Positions 1-12,517 of a DNA stretch of 64,000 nucleotides are shown piece by piece (the stretch's first letter is position 1; each line of letters starts with the position of its first letter). Below the pieces are notes generated by a model. The model did no database searches, was not told where the DNA came from, and saw only the letters and a list, made by a program, of their open reading frames with translations. The stretch is taken from the NCBI GenBank assembly GCA_964016885.1, contig OZ024743.1, forward strand, positions 294,190,001-294,254,000, read 5' to 3'. The position numbers were made by a program, and so were the translations under genes. The DNA is from Eledone cirrhosa. Its lineage: Eukaryota.

Positions 1-36
1 ACGAGGGGGAAGCCATCATATATATATATATATATA

Positions 37-833
37 TAGAAAGGATGAATATAAAATGAAAGTGCTTTTGTTAAAAAAGGAATTTATTAGGTATTGACAT
101 ATGTTTCTGTAACAGACCGAATACCTATGTATCGCTGCTTGCGTAATCATATAATGTTAGCAAGTATTCGATAGCAAATGTATAATCAGTTGTCACTTCT
201 TCAGAGATTTTGGATAAACTGGATAAAATCAGAAAAATTGAAGTATTTATATTAGTAAAAGAGGAAGGAACAGAGGGGATAGAATATGACAGATGGTAAA
301 ATAATTTACTGCTAAACAAGTATATAATGGGTTTTTAATGAGAATACCATGAGTAAATCTAAATAAGAATTTTGGGAGTGCCAATTTTAATCTCTACTTG
401 ACCAACTGGACAGTGGACAGGGCTGGTCATTTGGTGCAGTAGTATTAATTATAAAGTGTCAATTGGGGAAGGGGGAGATTTCGATTGCTACTAAATAACA
501 TCAATGCTAGTAGCCAGCTGGTATATGCATTAGGGAATTGAATCAAGAAATCAGAAATCTCATTTTATCTATAGCAGTTTGTATTAAAAGGTAAATAATA
601 GAAGAGTTGATAGAATTAAGACTAATAAAGAATGTTCATATCTATTTTGACAATCAAACGGGGATAGAGACAGGCGTTCAATCCTGGTAGTATTTATAAT
701 ATGAAAATGTAGATTTTAAGCGATGGTTACAGTATAACGATCGCTCTATTCTGTTATTTAATAAAATGTTTTTGGATTTCATAATACAAAATAATTCTAC
801 ATTACATAATTTACAAAATTCCTGTCCATTGGA
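37..833 (-). repeat. 3' pseudo-LTR of PLE
   Basis: Appears identical to 3151-3947 (offset 3114). Confidence 0.95.
88..204 (-). ncRNA. Hammerhead-like motif in pseudo-LTR (second copy 3202-3318)
   Basis: Minus strand: CTGAAGA-A-GTGACA...TGTTAC-A-GAAAC-ATAT-GTC with palindromic stem III ACATATGT. The canonical stem I does not pair. Confidence 0.55.
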
Positions 834-2995
834 TATGGGGGGACAGCCGCTATTATATCCCATTTTAGGTGAAATTGTTGGTTATTTTCACGCAGCTGCC
901 AAGCCTTGTCTGCGAGTGTTGTTACATAACGCTGGTTTTCATGTTTTATCGAATAACGATGTCTATAAAGGCGTGATTTGAAGGAGGTGGCTGTAGATCC
1001 CACATAGTACCACTTCTGTCTATCCGATTCGATAGTACATTTGTATACGATGTTGCGTTCAAGACACTGATTGTTCAACGGACACATTCCTGGTTGGACA
1101 CAGTTGCAATTATAGTTTTGCGTTGTTGTATTGCCATGGATGGGTTGATGAGGTTGCTTATGTAGGACAGGATGTTGTTTGTTGTTTTGTGATGTTATAG
1201 CTAATGTTTTACGTGTATTGTTATGTGTTGGAAGGCGTTTATACAACCGTTTTGCGTTAAGCTTTTTTATATGTTGTTCAATATTAGGGGCGGTTGAATA
1301 TGAAAGTCGAATAGTGTTAGGGTTTAAGATTTTATTATATTTATGTGATGTTGGAAAGTGTTTTCTAACTAATCGAAAGAATTTTGAGGGTATATTGGTT
1401 TTAATAGATTTGTTATAGACCGGGTTGTACCAGATATACTCCCTACATCGCCTTCTGTTTGGTGGTGTGCGACTATTATTGTGTCTATTGCGGTAGTGTA
1501 TGTATGGTGGTGATTCTGTGCTATTTCTACTCCTATGTGATTTATTTTGGGTGTTTTGGTGATCTTTGACTATATACTCTATATTATCTAGGTGACCGGC
1601 TTTCCTAAGTGTATCATCATAATACTCGGCATGTTCTTTGAAGGTTTGTTGGTTGGACGATAGGCGGGAGATTCTAAGAGAAACGTTTCTAGGGATGGAT
1701 TTAATTATAGAGAGTGGATGGTTAGAACTCGTATCTACATATTTAAGGTTCTCATTTAGTTTATGGAACGGTTTAATCGTATCTGTATTGAGATTGAAAG
1801 TAACATCAAGGAAATTGACCTCTTTGAGGTTATATTCAAATGTAATATTTAATCCTAGTTCCTTAAAAAGTTTTCTGATATTTTTACGCATCCTTTCTAA
1901 ATTCTGGTTATTCATATGCTTAACTAATAGGAGCGCATCGTCACGGTAAATTCCACCGTGGAGATCCTTGAATTTTCCTTGTAATCTGTGGGTGATATAA
2001 ATTCCCACAAGATCTGTTACTTCCGCCGAATCATTAGAACCCATAGTGATATCAAAATTAGAAGGTCTATCTTTGCGAACCCAGTAGCTATCATCGAATT
2101 TAACTATAGTTTTTCTCGCTTCCATAATAATTTTAATTTCAGCATCCGTAAGGTCGGAATTATCCTTAGCGAACGAAAGAGCTTCATGTAGAGTATCAGG
2201 TGAAATTGAGGAATAATATTCATCAATATCAAACTGAATAAATTTTGATTTTTTCTTATCAGTAATGTTATTAAACCAAATTATTGCTTCATGAGTGTTA
2301 CCCCATAGTTTAATCTCTACTTTAACCTTAACTTGGGGGATAATTCTGTCTAGTATATATTTGCTAATTTTACCTATATCAGATTTAGAGGGGCATATAA
2401 GTCTAATATTAGGGTTAGTATCGAAGTTTACCTTGTGGTCCTTCAGGTTGAAGGATGGTATAGCTGGTGTTAAGGGTTGCGTTCTATCGTCAATACAAAG
2501 TTTTTTAACAATATCACATGCCGAGTTGTTGATGTTTTTAAGTGTGGCTTCATTAGTTTTCCTGTATTTTTTATGCAATTCCTTACGGATGAAGTTATTG
2601 TAAGTGTCCACATCCATGGTATAAACGTTTGATGTTTTGTCTGCTCTAACAATAATTCCATTGGCGTTTTTTAGATTATTGAGCAGTGCCGTGATGTCAT
2701 TCTGTAGTTTATTGTTCTTACGTTTTGTAAATTTGATCTCCATGATCATATCCATTAGGTCTTGTTCAAATGCATCCAAAAGTGGGTTTGAGGGTGGGTT
2801 CCTGTAAGATTTAAATTCAAATTTATCCTTGTTAAGATCCGATGTTTGGTTTATACGGCTTTTGTCAAAATGGAATGTTTTCCATCTGATTCGTCGAATA
2901 AAATCATTGGTCCTTCGTATCATACCTAGAATATATTCCCTTTTTGCCTGAATAGGTATGTTTTTTAACGACATATCCAATTGGTGCCTTTCCAT
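678..2995 (-). CDS. PLE reverse transcriptase + GIY-YIG endonuclease, with a 1-nt frameshift near 833
   Basis: ORF 797-2995 has QFDIDEYYSSI, ITMGSNDS and YRDD RT motifs, the CNC-x5-C-x5-C linker and NIVYKC...YYVGST. The true C-terminus (FCKLCNVE...YCNHR) continues in ORF 678-863, matching the 60361-62298 paralogue. Confidence 0.92.
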
Positions 2996-3150
2996 TATAG
3001 AAGCGTATGCTGAATTAGTTGCTCAACTGTATAGGAGATTAACAAAGTTTTAGGTTATCAATAATGTAGTGATAATATATCGTTACGTTAGAGATGAACA
3101 GCGTACGTGCAGGTTTGCTCAACGAGTATAAATTATATTCCGGAGAAATG

Positions 3151-3950
3151 TAGAAAGGATGAATATAAAATGAAAGTGCTTTTGTTAAAAAAGGAATTTA
3201 TTAGGTATTGACATATGTTTCTGTAACAGACCGAATACCTATGTATCGCTGCTTGCGTAATCATATAATGTTAGCAAGTATTCGATAGCAAATGTATAAT
3301 CAGTTGTCACTTCTTCAGAGATTTTGGATAAACTGGATAAAATCAGAAAAATTGAAGTATTTATATTAGTAAAAGAGGAAGGAACAGAGGGGATAGAATA
3401 TGACAGATGGTAAAATAATTTACTGCTAAACAAGTATATAATGGGTTTTTAATGAGAATACCATGAGTAAATCTAAATAAGAATTTTGGGAGTGCCAATT
3501 TTAATCTCTACTTGACCAACTGGACAGTGGACAGGGCTGGTCATTTGGTGCAGTAGTATTAATTATAAAGTGTCAATTGGGGAAGGGGGAGATTTCGATT
3601 GCTACTAAATAACATCAATGCTAGTAGCCAGCTGGTATATGCATTAGGGAATTGAATCAAGAAATCAGAAATCTCATTTTATCTATAGCAGTTTGTATTA
3701 AAAGGTAAATAATAGAAGAGTTGATAGAATTAAGACTAATAAAGAATGTTCATATCTATTTTGACAATCAAACGGGGATAGAGACAGGCGTTCAATCCTG
3801 GTAGTATTTATAATATGAAAATGTAGATTTTAAGCGATGGTTACAGTATAACGATCGCTCTATTCTGTTATTTAATAAAATGTTTTTGGATTTCATAATA
3901 CAAAATAATTCTACATTACATAATTTACAAAATTCCTGTCCATTGGAATA
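3151..3950 (-). repeat. 5' pseudo-LTR of PLE
   Basis: Direct copy of 37-833; reads TATTCCAAT where the ORF copy reads TATCCAAT. Confidence 0.95.
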
Positions 3951-3987
3951 TTATTGATAACCTAAAACTTTATATATATATATATAT

Positions 3988-4134
3988 GCTCTTTCCTTCA
4001 TTCCTCTACACGTCTTATACACGCCACGCATCTCAACGTACACCCACTTACATCTCTCTCTCCACCACCGGATCTTGTTACCCGGAGATTTACCTATTTG
4101 CATTGTCGAGGCTTCCAAACGTCTTAAAGAAATT
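3988..4134 (+). repeat. Terminal direct repeat of PLE (partner 7275-7421)
   Basis: 147-bp near-identical copy at offset 3287. Confidence 0.9.
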
Positions 4135-4151
4135 GACCTTATTATTCCACA

Positions 4152-6779
4152 ATGCTTCAAGCAAACTTCAATACTCTCTTATCCTTACACCTGAGCCAGG
4201 AATTATTTGCATCCGTAAGGGAACTGTTTAGACTGTCGGAGAAATGGGCCAATGCTGGCTGTCAAATTATTTTCCTGAAACGCTGCCTAAAAAACGAGGT
4301 CATCCACAACACCATCAGGAACATCCGCTTACCAGTAAGCCTACGTACACCAGTTTTCCAAAACACCACTAACCGCATACATCGCACGTGTATTAAACAG
4401 ATCCTGCAACATCTCAACCGCCAATTACACGTCCATAAGCGGACTGTCTCAGAGCGGACACATCGACTGTCAATAGCACCCGGCGACTTGCTCCTGAAAA
4501 TCACTAAAGCAATCGACCAGTGCTACCACTCCAGAGTCCAATACGAGAAAGAACAGCTCAAGCGAAAATATGAGTGGATCTTGTCGAAACGCCACAACGA
4601 GAACATCGACACTAACGAACAGACGGACCAGCACCACGTGGAAAACAACAACTTAACAACCGCCACAGCCGCATCCACCAACACCGAGCCACACCTCAAC
4701 GATGCGACGCACCTGGTCACCGACCTAACCGGCACTCTCACGAGCGACGAGCTGAAACTTCTACACCTCGGACCCAAGTTCCTCGTCTCACAACGACTCG
4801 ACGACAGACTCAAACTCAACATCGAGGCCTACTTTTGTCGAACCGCTTACCAACTTAAATGGGTGACCGCCATCAACAGCGCCACAGAAAATAACAGCGC
4901 CCACGCAACCCACCCCAACTTCCCCATTTACCACCTCGACAACCCACTCCACCCCCACCCACCAACAACGAACTCGACACTAAACTCATCAGGCTAAAAC
5001 ACTCCATCTCGGATATACTTCACAAACACACACACACACGCACAACTCATAACGTCACCAAATCTTAACTCACCACTCTCTCCAACCTAAAATCGAAGAA
5101 CCTCATCTATCTCCCCTCCGACAAGGGAAAAAAATTCTGCGTCATCAGCAGAGAGGCCTACAAGACCCTGGCCCTCCAACACCTTGACGATGACAACCTC
5201 TATTCCAAAGTCACGGGAATCACTCCCGCGCAGATAGAAGAGCACATCAACGGCGCCTGGACCAACATCTGCGACTGGACCAACATCTGCGAAGAAGCTG
5301 AGATACAACCTCCTCACGAGGAACAGCAGACTATCCGCCTTCTACCACCTCGTGAAAACACACAAACAGAGACCCGACTTGAAGATCAGGCCCATTGTAT
5401 CGAGCGTGGAAGGACCACTCAACAAAATTTCATGGCTCCTAGCCAGAATACTCAAAACCATCTTAGACACCTTGCTGGGACACGTTAACAGCTCCGAGGG
5501 GTTTTTAAAGCGCCTACATCAAATGGATTCCGACACCAGAAAGAATAACAGATATGCCTTCAGCCTTGATGTAGTCGCTCTCTACACCTCGGTCCCGGCA
5601 CTCCCGGCCGTCGTCAATATACTGATGGAACGCGTCCAATCCACCGACCTAAACTGCTTCGGGCTCACCACCACTGACATCCACCAACTCCTATCCATCG
5701 TCGTCGACAACACCTACTTCGGATTCCTTGACCAAACATACCAACAAACCTCGGGACTGCCCATGCGATCAAGCCTGTCGGGTGTGCTAGCGATCTCTTA
5801 CATGGACAACCTCGAGCGCAAGGCACTCAACGCCTGCCACCCCAACGCCGTCGCCTTTTTCTCAAGGTACGTGGACGATATCCTCATCCTCACATCTTCC
5901 CAAGACACGGCGAACAGAATCTATGAGACGTTCAACAACACGGACGAGAACATTGACTTCAGTGTTGAACACCCCAACGAAGACGGGTCACTTGCCCTTC
6001 TCGACTTCCGAATCAACATCACGGAACAGGGAAAGATCCACTGCAACTTCTACCGAAAAGCAGCCTGCAGGGACCTGTTCTTCCACTACAAGTCTGCCCT
6101 CCCTAACAGTGCCAAGGGAGGATACATCACAAACGAGATCGCGCGAATCAAAAACAGATGCAGCGATCCCGCGAGTGGTGTCACTCATACCAAGCGATTC
6201 CTCGAGGTGCTGGAGACGAACGGGTACCCTACCTCGCTCACAGACAGAGTAGGAGACACCAGACACAAGAGACAGAGAGGCACCCAAGGCAAGTGCTTCC
6301 TTAAAATGCCACACCTGGGCGAGAATACAACCAACGCTATCCGCAAGGCTATACGGAGGGTGGGCCTCGACATCCACATGGCCCACTCGGGCCCCTCCCT
6401 GCGAAGATGCCTCTCCAGGAAACCCGAGAAATCAACTGACGCGTGCTTCCTCAGAGACTGCCCGATGCGCCATGCGAACTGATGCCTACGCACATACGTC
6501 GTGTATAAGATAGAATGTAACAAGTGCAACCAATACTATATAGGTAGCACAATCCGACCTTTGCACATCCGGATCAAGGAACACACTAAAACCAGGGCCT
6601 CGTCTTTCCGGAAACACATAGACGAATGCGGAAACAAAGACGGAAGGCCCATTGTCACAATTCTAGCGACTGAAAGAAACGTCGGCACGTTACGTATCAA
6701 GGAAGCACTTTGGATCAAACGCCTAGAGCCACAAATAAACAATCGATCCGAGAGAAGCAAAATGAGGTGGTTGGTTTAA
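4152..6779 (+). pseudogene. PLE RT + GIY-YIG ORF broken by frameshifts/stops
   Basis: ORFs 4152-4997 (FLKRCLKNEV N-terminus), 5352-6482 (KTHK..IRPIVS, SLDVVALYTSVP, GLPM, RYVDD) and 6501-6779 (VYKIECNKC..YYIGST.RPLHIRIKEH). Confidence 0.9.
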
Positions 6780-7466
6780 GTTAACAAACAATGCAGAAAC
6801 ACACGCACACATACAAGCGAGACAGCAACACACGCACACACACACACACAGTAGCATTCCACCATACGAACATACTACACTGCCAACACAGAGGAACAAG
6901 GCAACAACACACGCACACATACACACTCAAGCGAGACAACAACACACGCACACACACACACAGTAACATTCAACAAACAGGCAGAGAATGGACTGACAGC
7001 TAGCGCCACTCCACTCCCACAATTGAAAGAACTACTTCGGCCGCTGACCTCTGCCCGACCGACCCCATTTCACTCGCACGCGCGCTCTGCTGAATACCTC
7101 AGATATTCAAAACAACGAACAGCGGAGATCGCGTTTCGCACCTTTCCGACAGACAACCTTTCCACCCCGGAAAAAAACCCCAGTTGGTGGATGTGAATCC
7201 GAAATATATAGTGACAATTAAATCTCTCCCAAGGTAACTCTCTCTCGTGTTGTTATTTTTATTTTATCCTTTAAGCTCTTTCCTTCATGCCTCTACACGT
7301 CTTATACACGCCACGCATTTCAACGTACACCCACTTACATCTCTCTCTCCACCACCGGATCTTGTTACCCGGAGATTTACCCATTTGCATTGTCGAGGCT
7401 TCCAAAGAACTTAAAGAAATTTAACATATATATATATATCTATATATAAATATATATATATATATA

Positions 7467-7563
7467 TATTGGTTAGAAACAACAGTCCAACACACACGGC
7501 TTAATAACTATATATATATATATAGTTAAGTCGTGTGTGTTGGACTGTTGTTTCTAACCAATA
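7467..7563. repeat. Inverted repeat centred on (TA)n
   Basis: Arms 7467-7504 and 7526-7563 are reverse complements with one mismatch. Confidence 0.9.
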
Positions 7564-7659
7564 CACTCTTACCACTTTTGACTTGCGGCGCACGAGGTGA
7601 TAAATTCATATTTCTGTGTGAACGTTGGTACTAGGTGTTTGTCGCATTTAATCAGATTA

Positions 7660-7735
7660 TCTCGCTGATGGTGTCCAGGATTATCTGTTACAAACACACT
7701 CAGGGCGAAACAGATTATCCCTAATCTGTCCGAGA
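7660..7735 (+). ncRNA. Type I hammerhead ribozyme motif (A9G variant)
   Basis: TCTCG-CTGATGG-T-GTCC...GGGC-GAAAC-AGATTA-TCCC-TAATCT-GTC-CGAGA: 5-bp stem I, 4-bp stem II, 8-bp stem III, GUC site. Confidence 0.75.
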
Positions 7736-7970
7736 GATGTAATTGTTATTGAGGCAGTTTGTATAATATAACTTAATTTTATTTTATCATTCTGTCTGCT
7801 TCATGGTTAAATACTTTAAACAAATGTGGTTTTTCAACCCTCGTATTATTAGACACACGGTTTACTGTGTTTCTTACTACATATATATTATTATTATAAT
7901 GTTCAGTATTTGTACTTGGAGCTTATTGATTACAGGGTTTCAGTAAGAGTTATTAACTCTAACTTTCATT

Positions 7971-8001
<31 letters not shown>

Positions 8002-8245
8002 ATGAAAAAAAAAAAAGAAATATGGCTTTAAAAATGAGGATTGTTTGCATAATTGCAAACGAATCGAATATTATTATTAATATTCGAAAAAACTCAGATT
8101 ACATTTATTATAAGAAAATGAGATTATTTTAAATAAAAAAAAACGGGATGTCCTACACGACTGAAAGTATACGGAAAAGAAATCAAAAATGCAGCTTTAT
8201 GCTTTTCAACAGTAGAACTGAGATGGTGGGTTTGTGGCTGTTCTC

Positions 8246-8282
<37 letters not shown>

Positions 8283-8283
<1 letters not shown>

Positions 8284-8990
8284 TTGGGGAGGGTCATATT
8301 TTTGTAATAATATTGCCAGAATTAATAACAGATCATATTCACTGTTTGGTTGCTTTTTGCTTGTGTATCTTTTATATCAGTTAATTCATTCGGTCCTCAA
8401 TGTTTACCATTGACTGACCAACGGTAAAAAATACAGATATAATATAGATATAAACACATATATATAGTCTAACAAAGTTCTTTCGTTGCACATCTGCAAC
8501 ATCGTCACTGGTGCTATTATATTCCTCCTGTTGTATTGTATATCTACGCCATCTTTATTTTATATGTTTATTTATTTAATTTTGTCTTCTCTGTGCATGC
8601 GTGTGTGTGTGTGTTCGCGCTTGGGTGACTGTGTTTTGGTTATTCTATCTTAGTTTACTAGTGTATGCTTATATGTGTTTGTTGTTATTGTGCTTGTGTA
8701 TATATTTATTTATTTATTTATTTATATTTCTCTTAACTCCTTATTGTTTGTTTGGGTGTTGTTGTTATTCCATTCATTTTTTCTGTTTAGCTTTGGCCTT
8801 CTAAGCTCTATTTCACTGGCCTCTCTGATTTGCCTATCTGCTGGGTCATTTCTACGTCTAGATATTATTTTAATTTCTATGTTGTCTATGTTACCGCTGA
8901 ACGAAGCCCAGTTGGACAATCCTTGTCATGATATGGAATCAGCCTCGTATGAAAGATGTTACTGTGGCGCGTAATAATTGTTTTGCTTTG
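8283..8990 (-). mobile_element. 3' fragment of a Penelope-like element
   Basis: ORF 8722-8919 ends RQIREASEIELRRPKLNRKNEW, resembling the GIY-YIG tail LRIKEALWIKRLEPQINNRSE of 6501-6779; CA-rich 3' UTR ending at (TA)n. Boundaries approximate. Confidence 0.6.
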
Positions 8991-9062
8991 TTTTGCTTTT
9001 ATATAATCTTATCCTTTCATTGAGCGGAAGAGGGAAATTTGTCTTGTTTATGTACTTGGACT

Positions 9063-9330
9063 GGAGGTGCACAGTCTAATGGTTAATGTATTTGGCCTAC
9101 AATCATAAGGTCGCGGGTACGATTCTCAGACTGGCTTAAGCTTTTAATCCTCGAGTATGGCATTTTATTTCACCTTGCCTTAGTTCTCTCAGCAGAAAAT
9201 GAGCACCAGTGTCAGTTGGTATTTAGCCTTAAGCCGTACAGGGTGGGGATTTTATAAACGCAGTTTCTTAATGTCTAATGAACTTGGTTCGTTTCTGATC
9301 TTCACCCAACGTGTTTCGCCATGGAAACAT
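9063..9330 (+). mobile_element. Degenerate tRNA-derived SINE (different family from the one below)
   Basis: tRNA-like head (AGTCTAATGGTTA...GGGTACGATTCTC) followed by a CORE-like body; 3' boundary approximate. Confidence 0.5.
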
Positions 9331-9522
9331 CTGAGTTAAAATGATAACTAATTCTAATTCTATGACATTGGAAATAGTATCTAAAAAATAGGTAACAGTC
9401 ATACATCAAGAAGAAAATGAAAGGTTTCAAATAAATATATGTAAACATATTTAATGCAGAATATCAATAGTAGAAATATAAATACTAATGAGACGATCAG
9501 CGGAAGACATTAGCTTATTGGC

Positions 9523-9737
9523 TAATGGTTGGGTTGGCAGAATCAGTAGAGCATCGGGCAATATGCTTTACGGCATATAGTTACAGCCCTTTATGTTCTG
9601 AGTTCAAATTCCGCCTAGGTTACCTTTGCCTTACATCTGTATGGGATCGTTAAAATAAAGTATCAGTAACGCACTGGGGTCGATTTAATCGACTTTCCCT
9701 TCCCCAGACCATGTGCCTAAATCAGAAACCATTATTT
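9523..9737 (+). mobile_element. tRNA-derived SINE, ATT-tailed family
   Basis: Box A TGGCAGAATCAG, box B GAGTTCAAATTCC, body CTTTGCCTT..CATC, end GTGCCTAAATCAGAAACCATTATT. Confidence 0.8.
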
Positions 9738-11594
9738 TAGTATTAGGCATTCCTCAGATACATGCGTCCTTAATGTACATTCCAACATACTTGAAGTAAC
9801 ACAAATTAGCCCGTGCTATTGTTAGATTTGACTGCAAGATTTCAGCAGGAATTTAGCAATAATAACTTGAACATCCATACTAATTAGGAAATACGAAGTT
9901 CAGGAGGTACTTCCAAACAATAATTTCTTATCACTTATCATATGCCCTATGCTCTATTTCTTTCAGTTCTCTCTCTCCATCCTTAAACTTTCTTTCTCAT
10001 CTGCTTATCTGGCTTATCTGACCACTCTTCCGTTCATTAAGAGGTTTCGTTTAATCCGACTATTTGATATGATCATCATAGCAGCCTCCTGTTTTACAGC
10101 TCTTTCCATGTGTCAAGTCCCTACAATTTTACGAAATTACAATGATGATTATGGACACTCGCACCGAGAATAACATAAGAGTTTCTAGTTGTTCCATCAG
10201 TTTAAATACTTACCTATTGAATTAACATGCACAGTGACTGTGTACTCCCCAAAGTAGCGAACCGGTAACGTAAATCATAAATTAAAGCAGTCTGACCCGC
10301 CGACAAAGCTGCATTTTTGAATTAGAGCTAAAGTCAATGCGATGCCCCCAGCCCACCACCACCACCACCACCACCACCACCACATAGTTTACATCTACCT
10401 AATTTAATTCACAAGGCCTGAGTCGACCCGAGGCATTGTATAGTAAAAGAAACTTACCCAAGATATCACGAAGTGGTATGGAAACCGGTATGTTAACTAC
10501 AAAGCAAACTTCCTGAACTTTTATCAAGTAAGCATTTCTATATTCCATGTATTTCGTTTACTCCTGAAAGAGCAATGCACAAATGAAATGTAAGAAGTAA
10601 AGGAAACGAAAGAGAAAGGAACAAACACGTAATTATTCACACACAAAACACCACGAATCTATCTTGAAATAAAATAAAACAAAAATAGACTCGGTGTCAG
10701 TTAACTTCTGCTACCTGTCAAACAAAGTTCAAACATTACTTACTTATTAAAAATGGTGTTATGATAAATTTGCATTTCTTTGAACTACTAATATTGGAAG
10801 AAAAATATGTCACCAGATTTTGTGGAAAGTGGAAAAAATACAATACTTTCACTTTCTAGTAATCAACATTTATATACGAAATTATATGGTGGTAAAATGG
10901 TGGAGTTAAATGGTCTAGGACGAGATGACGTTCAGTTTGGTCCCAGCTTTCTGCACTCTGACTTTAAATCCTACGGAGATCAACTTTGCCTTTTTTGGAT
11001 CAATAAGATAAAGTACCGATCCAGGGCGATGGATTTTGCAGAATTCTTGTAACATAACACAATATGTGTTTTGGTATTTGTTCCACATGGATAAGATTAG
11101 CGGAGTCCTGTTGCGAGTATTTGAGTCAGGTCTCCGTTTTCAATATTACTTCACTTCTTCCTCTGTTCCACCAGTCTCGAAAGCCTCGACAGGGATCATA
11201 GCCACTGCCCTTCTTTCCCCAACTAAAGAGTAAAATATATAATAATTTATAACTTAAGCACAAGGCCACATATTTTGAAAGAGACAGCAGTCGATTAAAT
11301 GGATTTCAGTAGAATATTGTTTAACGGAAGAAGGTTAAAAAGCAAAGTAGAACTCAGTACATAAAATGAGTTAAAAGATAATGTCCACCCAATGCACCAG
11401 GCACATCAGACTAATGCATATACTTGGTTTCATTTTATATTAGCATTAAGCAATTGGAGAGAACGTTAGACTATCGCAGGGCAAACCGCCAACTATTACT
11501 GTTACTCATTTTCAGCTGTGTGTACTGGAGCAATATGAAATGAAGTGATTTCCTCAAAAAATAGCAAATCCACGGCATTATGATCATTAGTAGA

Positions 11595-11750
11595 GGGCGG
11601 TGGATTGGTAGTATCGGTAGGAGGTCGGCCTTTTATGGTCTGAGTTCAAATCCCGCCGAGGTTAACTTTGCCTTTCATCCTTACGGGGTCGATAAAACAA
11701 AGTACCAGTAATACACTGGGGTAATTGATGGTCTTGTGCCAAACAATTAT
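11595..11750 (+). mobile_element. tRNA-derived SINE with 15-bp target-site duplication (TSD)
   Basis: Box A/B; TSD ATTATGATCATTAGT at 11577-11591 and 11746-11760. Confidence 0.88.
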
Positions 11751-11953
11751 GATCATTAGTCCAAAACCTTAACTACTAGAACTCTAAATACTGCGTAGCA
11801 TTTTGACAGACGCCTTAAGTATTTGTACTAATTTTTCACAGAGACGTAAGACGAAACATTTTGAAAGAGTGGACAGTTGGGTATATCCACTACATTATTT
11901 ATAGTCGCAAGAATTATTCGTATTTGCTCTCATATATGTCTTTTATGGCTTAA

Positions 11954-12140
11954 GGGCGGTGAATTGGCAGTATCGGTAGAGGGTCAGACATGCTTTCCAG
12001 CATAGTTACATCCCTTTACGATCTGAGTTCAAATCCCGCCGAGGTTAACTTTGCTTTTCATCTTTACGGGGTCGATAAAATAAAGTACCAGTAATGCTCT
12101 GGGTAATTGCTGGCTTTGTGCCCAAAGTAAAAACAATTAT
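11954..12140 (+). mobile_element. tRNA-derived SINE
   Basis: Same family; TATATGTCTTTTA is repeated on both flanks. Confidence 0.88.
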
Positions 12141-12332
12141 ATGTCTTTTAGACTTGAAATAAATAGCAAGATCTGTCGAACATAACGCCCTACTCTTTTT
12201 TCTAGGCATGTATTCAATCATCTGCACACATACAAGCAAACACACACACACACACACACATCAAAACATCAAATGTGTTGAAACAAGTTCTAATATCATA
12301 CGCGCCATCTGTAACGTAGCATGTTCCTACTA

Positions 12333-12333
<1 letters not shown>

Positions 12334-12405
<72 letters not shown>

Positions 12406-12423
12406 AGTGTGTGTGTATGTGTT

Positions 12424-12474
<51 letters not shown>

Positions 12475-12517
12475 TTCTGTGAGTGTGTGTAAGTGTGTGT
12501 GTGGGCGTGCGTGTGTG
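12334..12517. repeat. (GT)n/(TA)n compound microsatellite
   Basis: Direct reading. Confidence 0.95.

Larger units (their letters stand above)
37..3971 (-). mobile_element. Penelope-like retroelement (Naiad-like), near full length, partial-tandem pseudo-LTR structure
   Basis: RT+GIY-YIG ORF; ~800-bp direct repeat 37-833 = 3151-3947; flanked by (TA)n on both sides (18-37, 3971-3987); 22-bp inverted tag at 3950-3971. Confidence 0.95.
3988..7421 (+). mobile_element. Penelope-like retroelement (non-Naiad type; clade uncertain), decayed
   Basis: Terminal direct repeats 3988-4134 / 7275-7421; RT and GIY-YIG fragments; (TA)n on both sides. Confidence 0.92.

Noticed and set aside
6480-6482. In-frame TGA in the Cys-rich PLE linker as selenocysteine
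   Set aside because: It precedes rather than replaces the Cys, the element has other disabling lesions, and no SECIS was identified.
7178-7216. Hammerhead in the 3' end of the second PLE (GGAT-GTGA-ATCC-GAAA-TATATA-GT)
   Set aside because: No CUGANGA box and no stem I; at best a relic.
8319-8386. Degenerate minus-strand hammerhead (CTGATAT...CAAAC)
   Set aside because: Several core positions are wrong and no stem II is evident.
11595-11665. tRNA genes
   Set aside because: Box A/B are present but there is no cloverleaf; they continue into a SINE body with TSDs.
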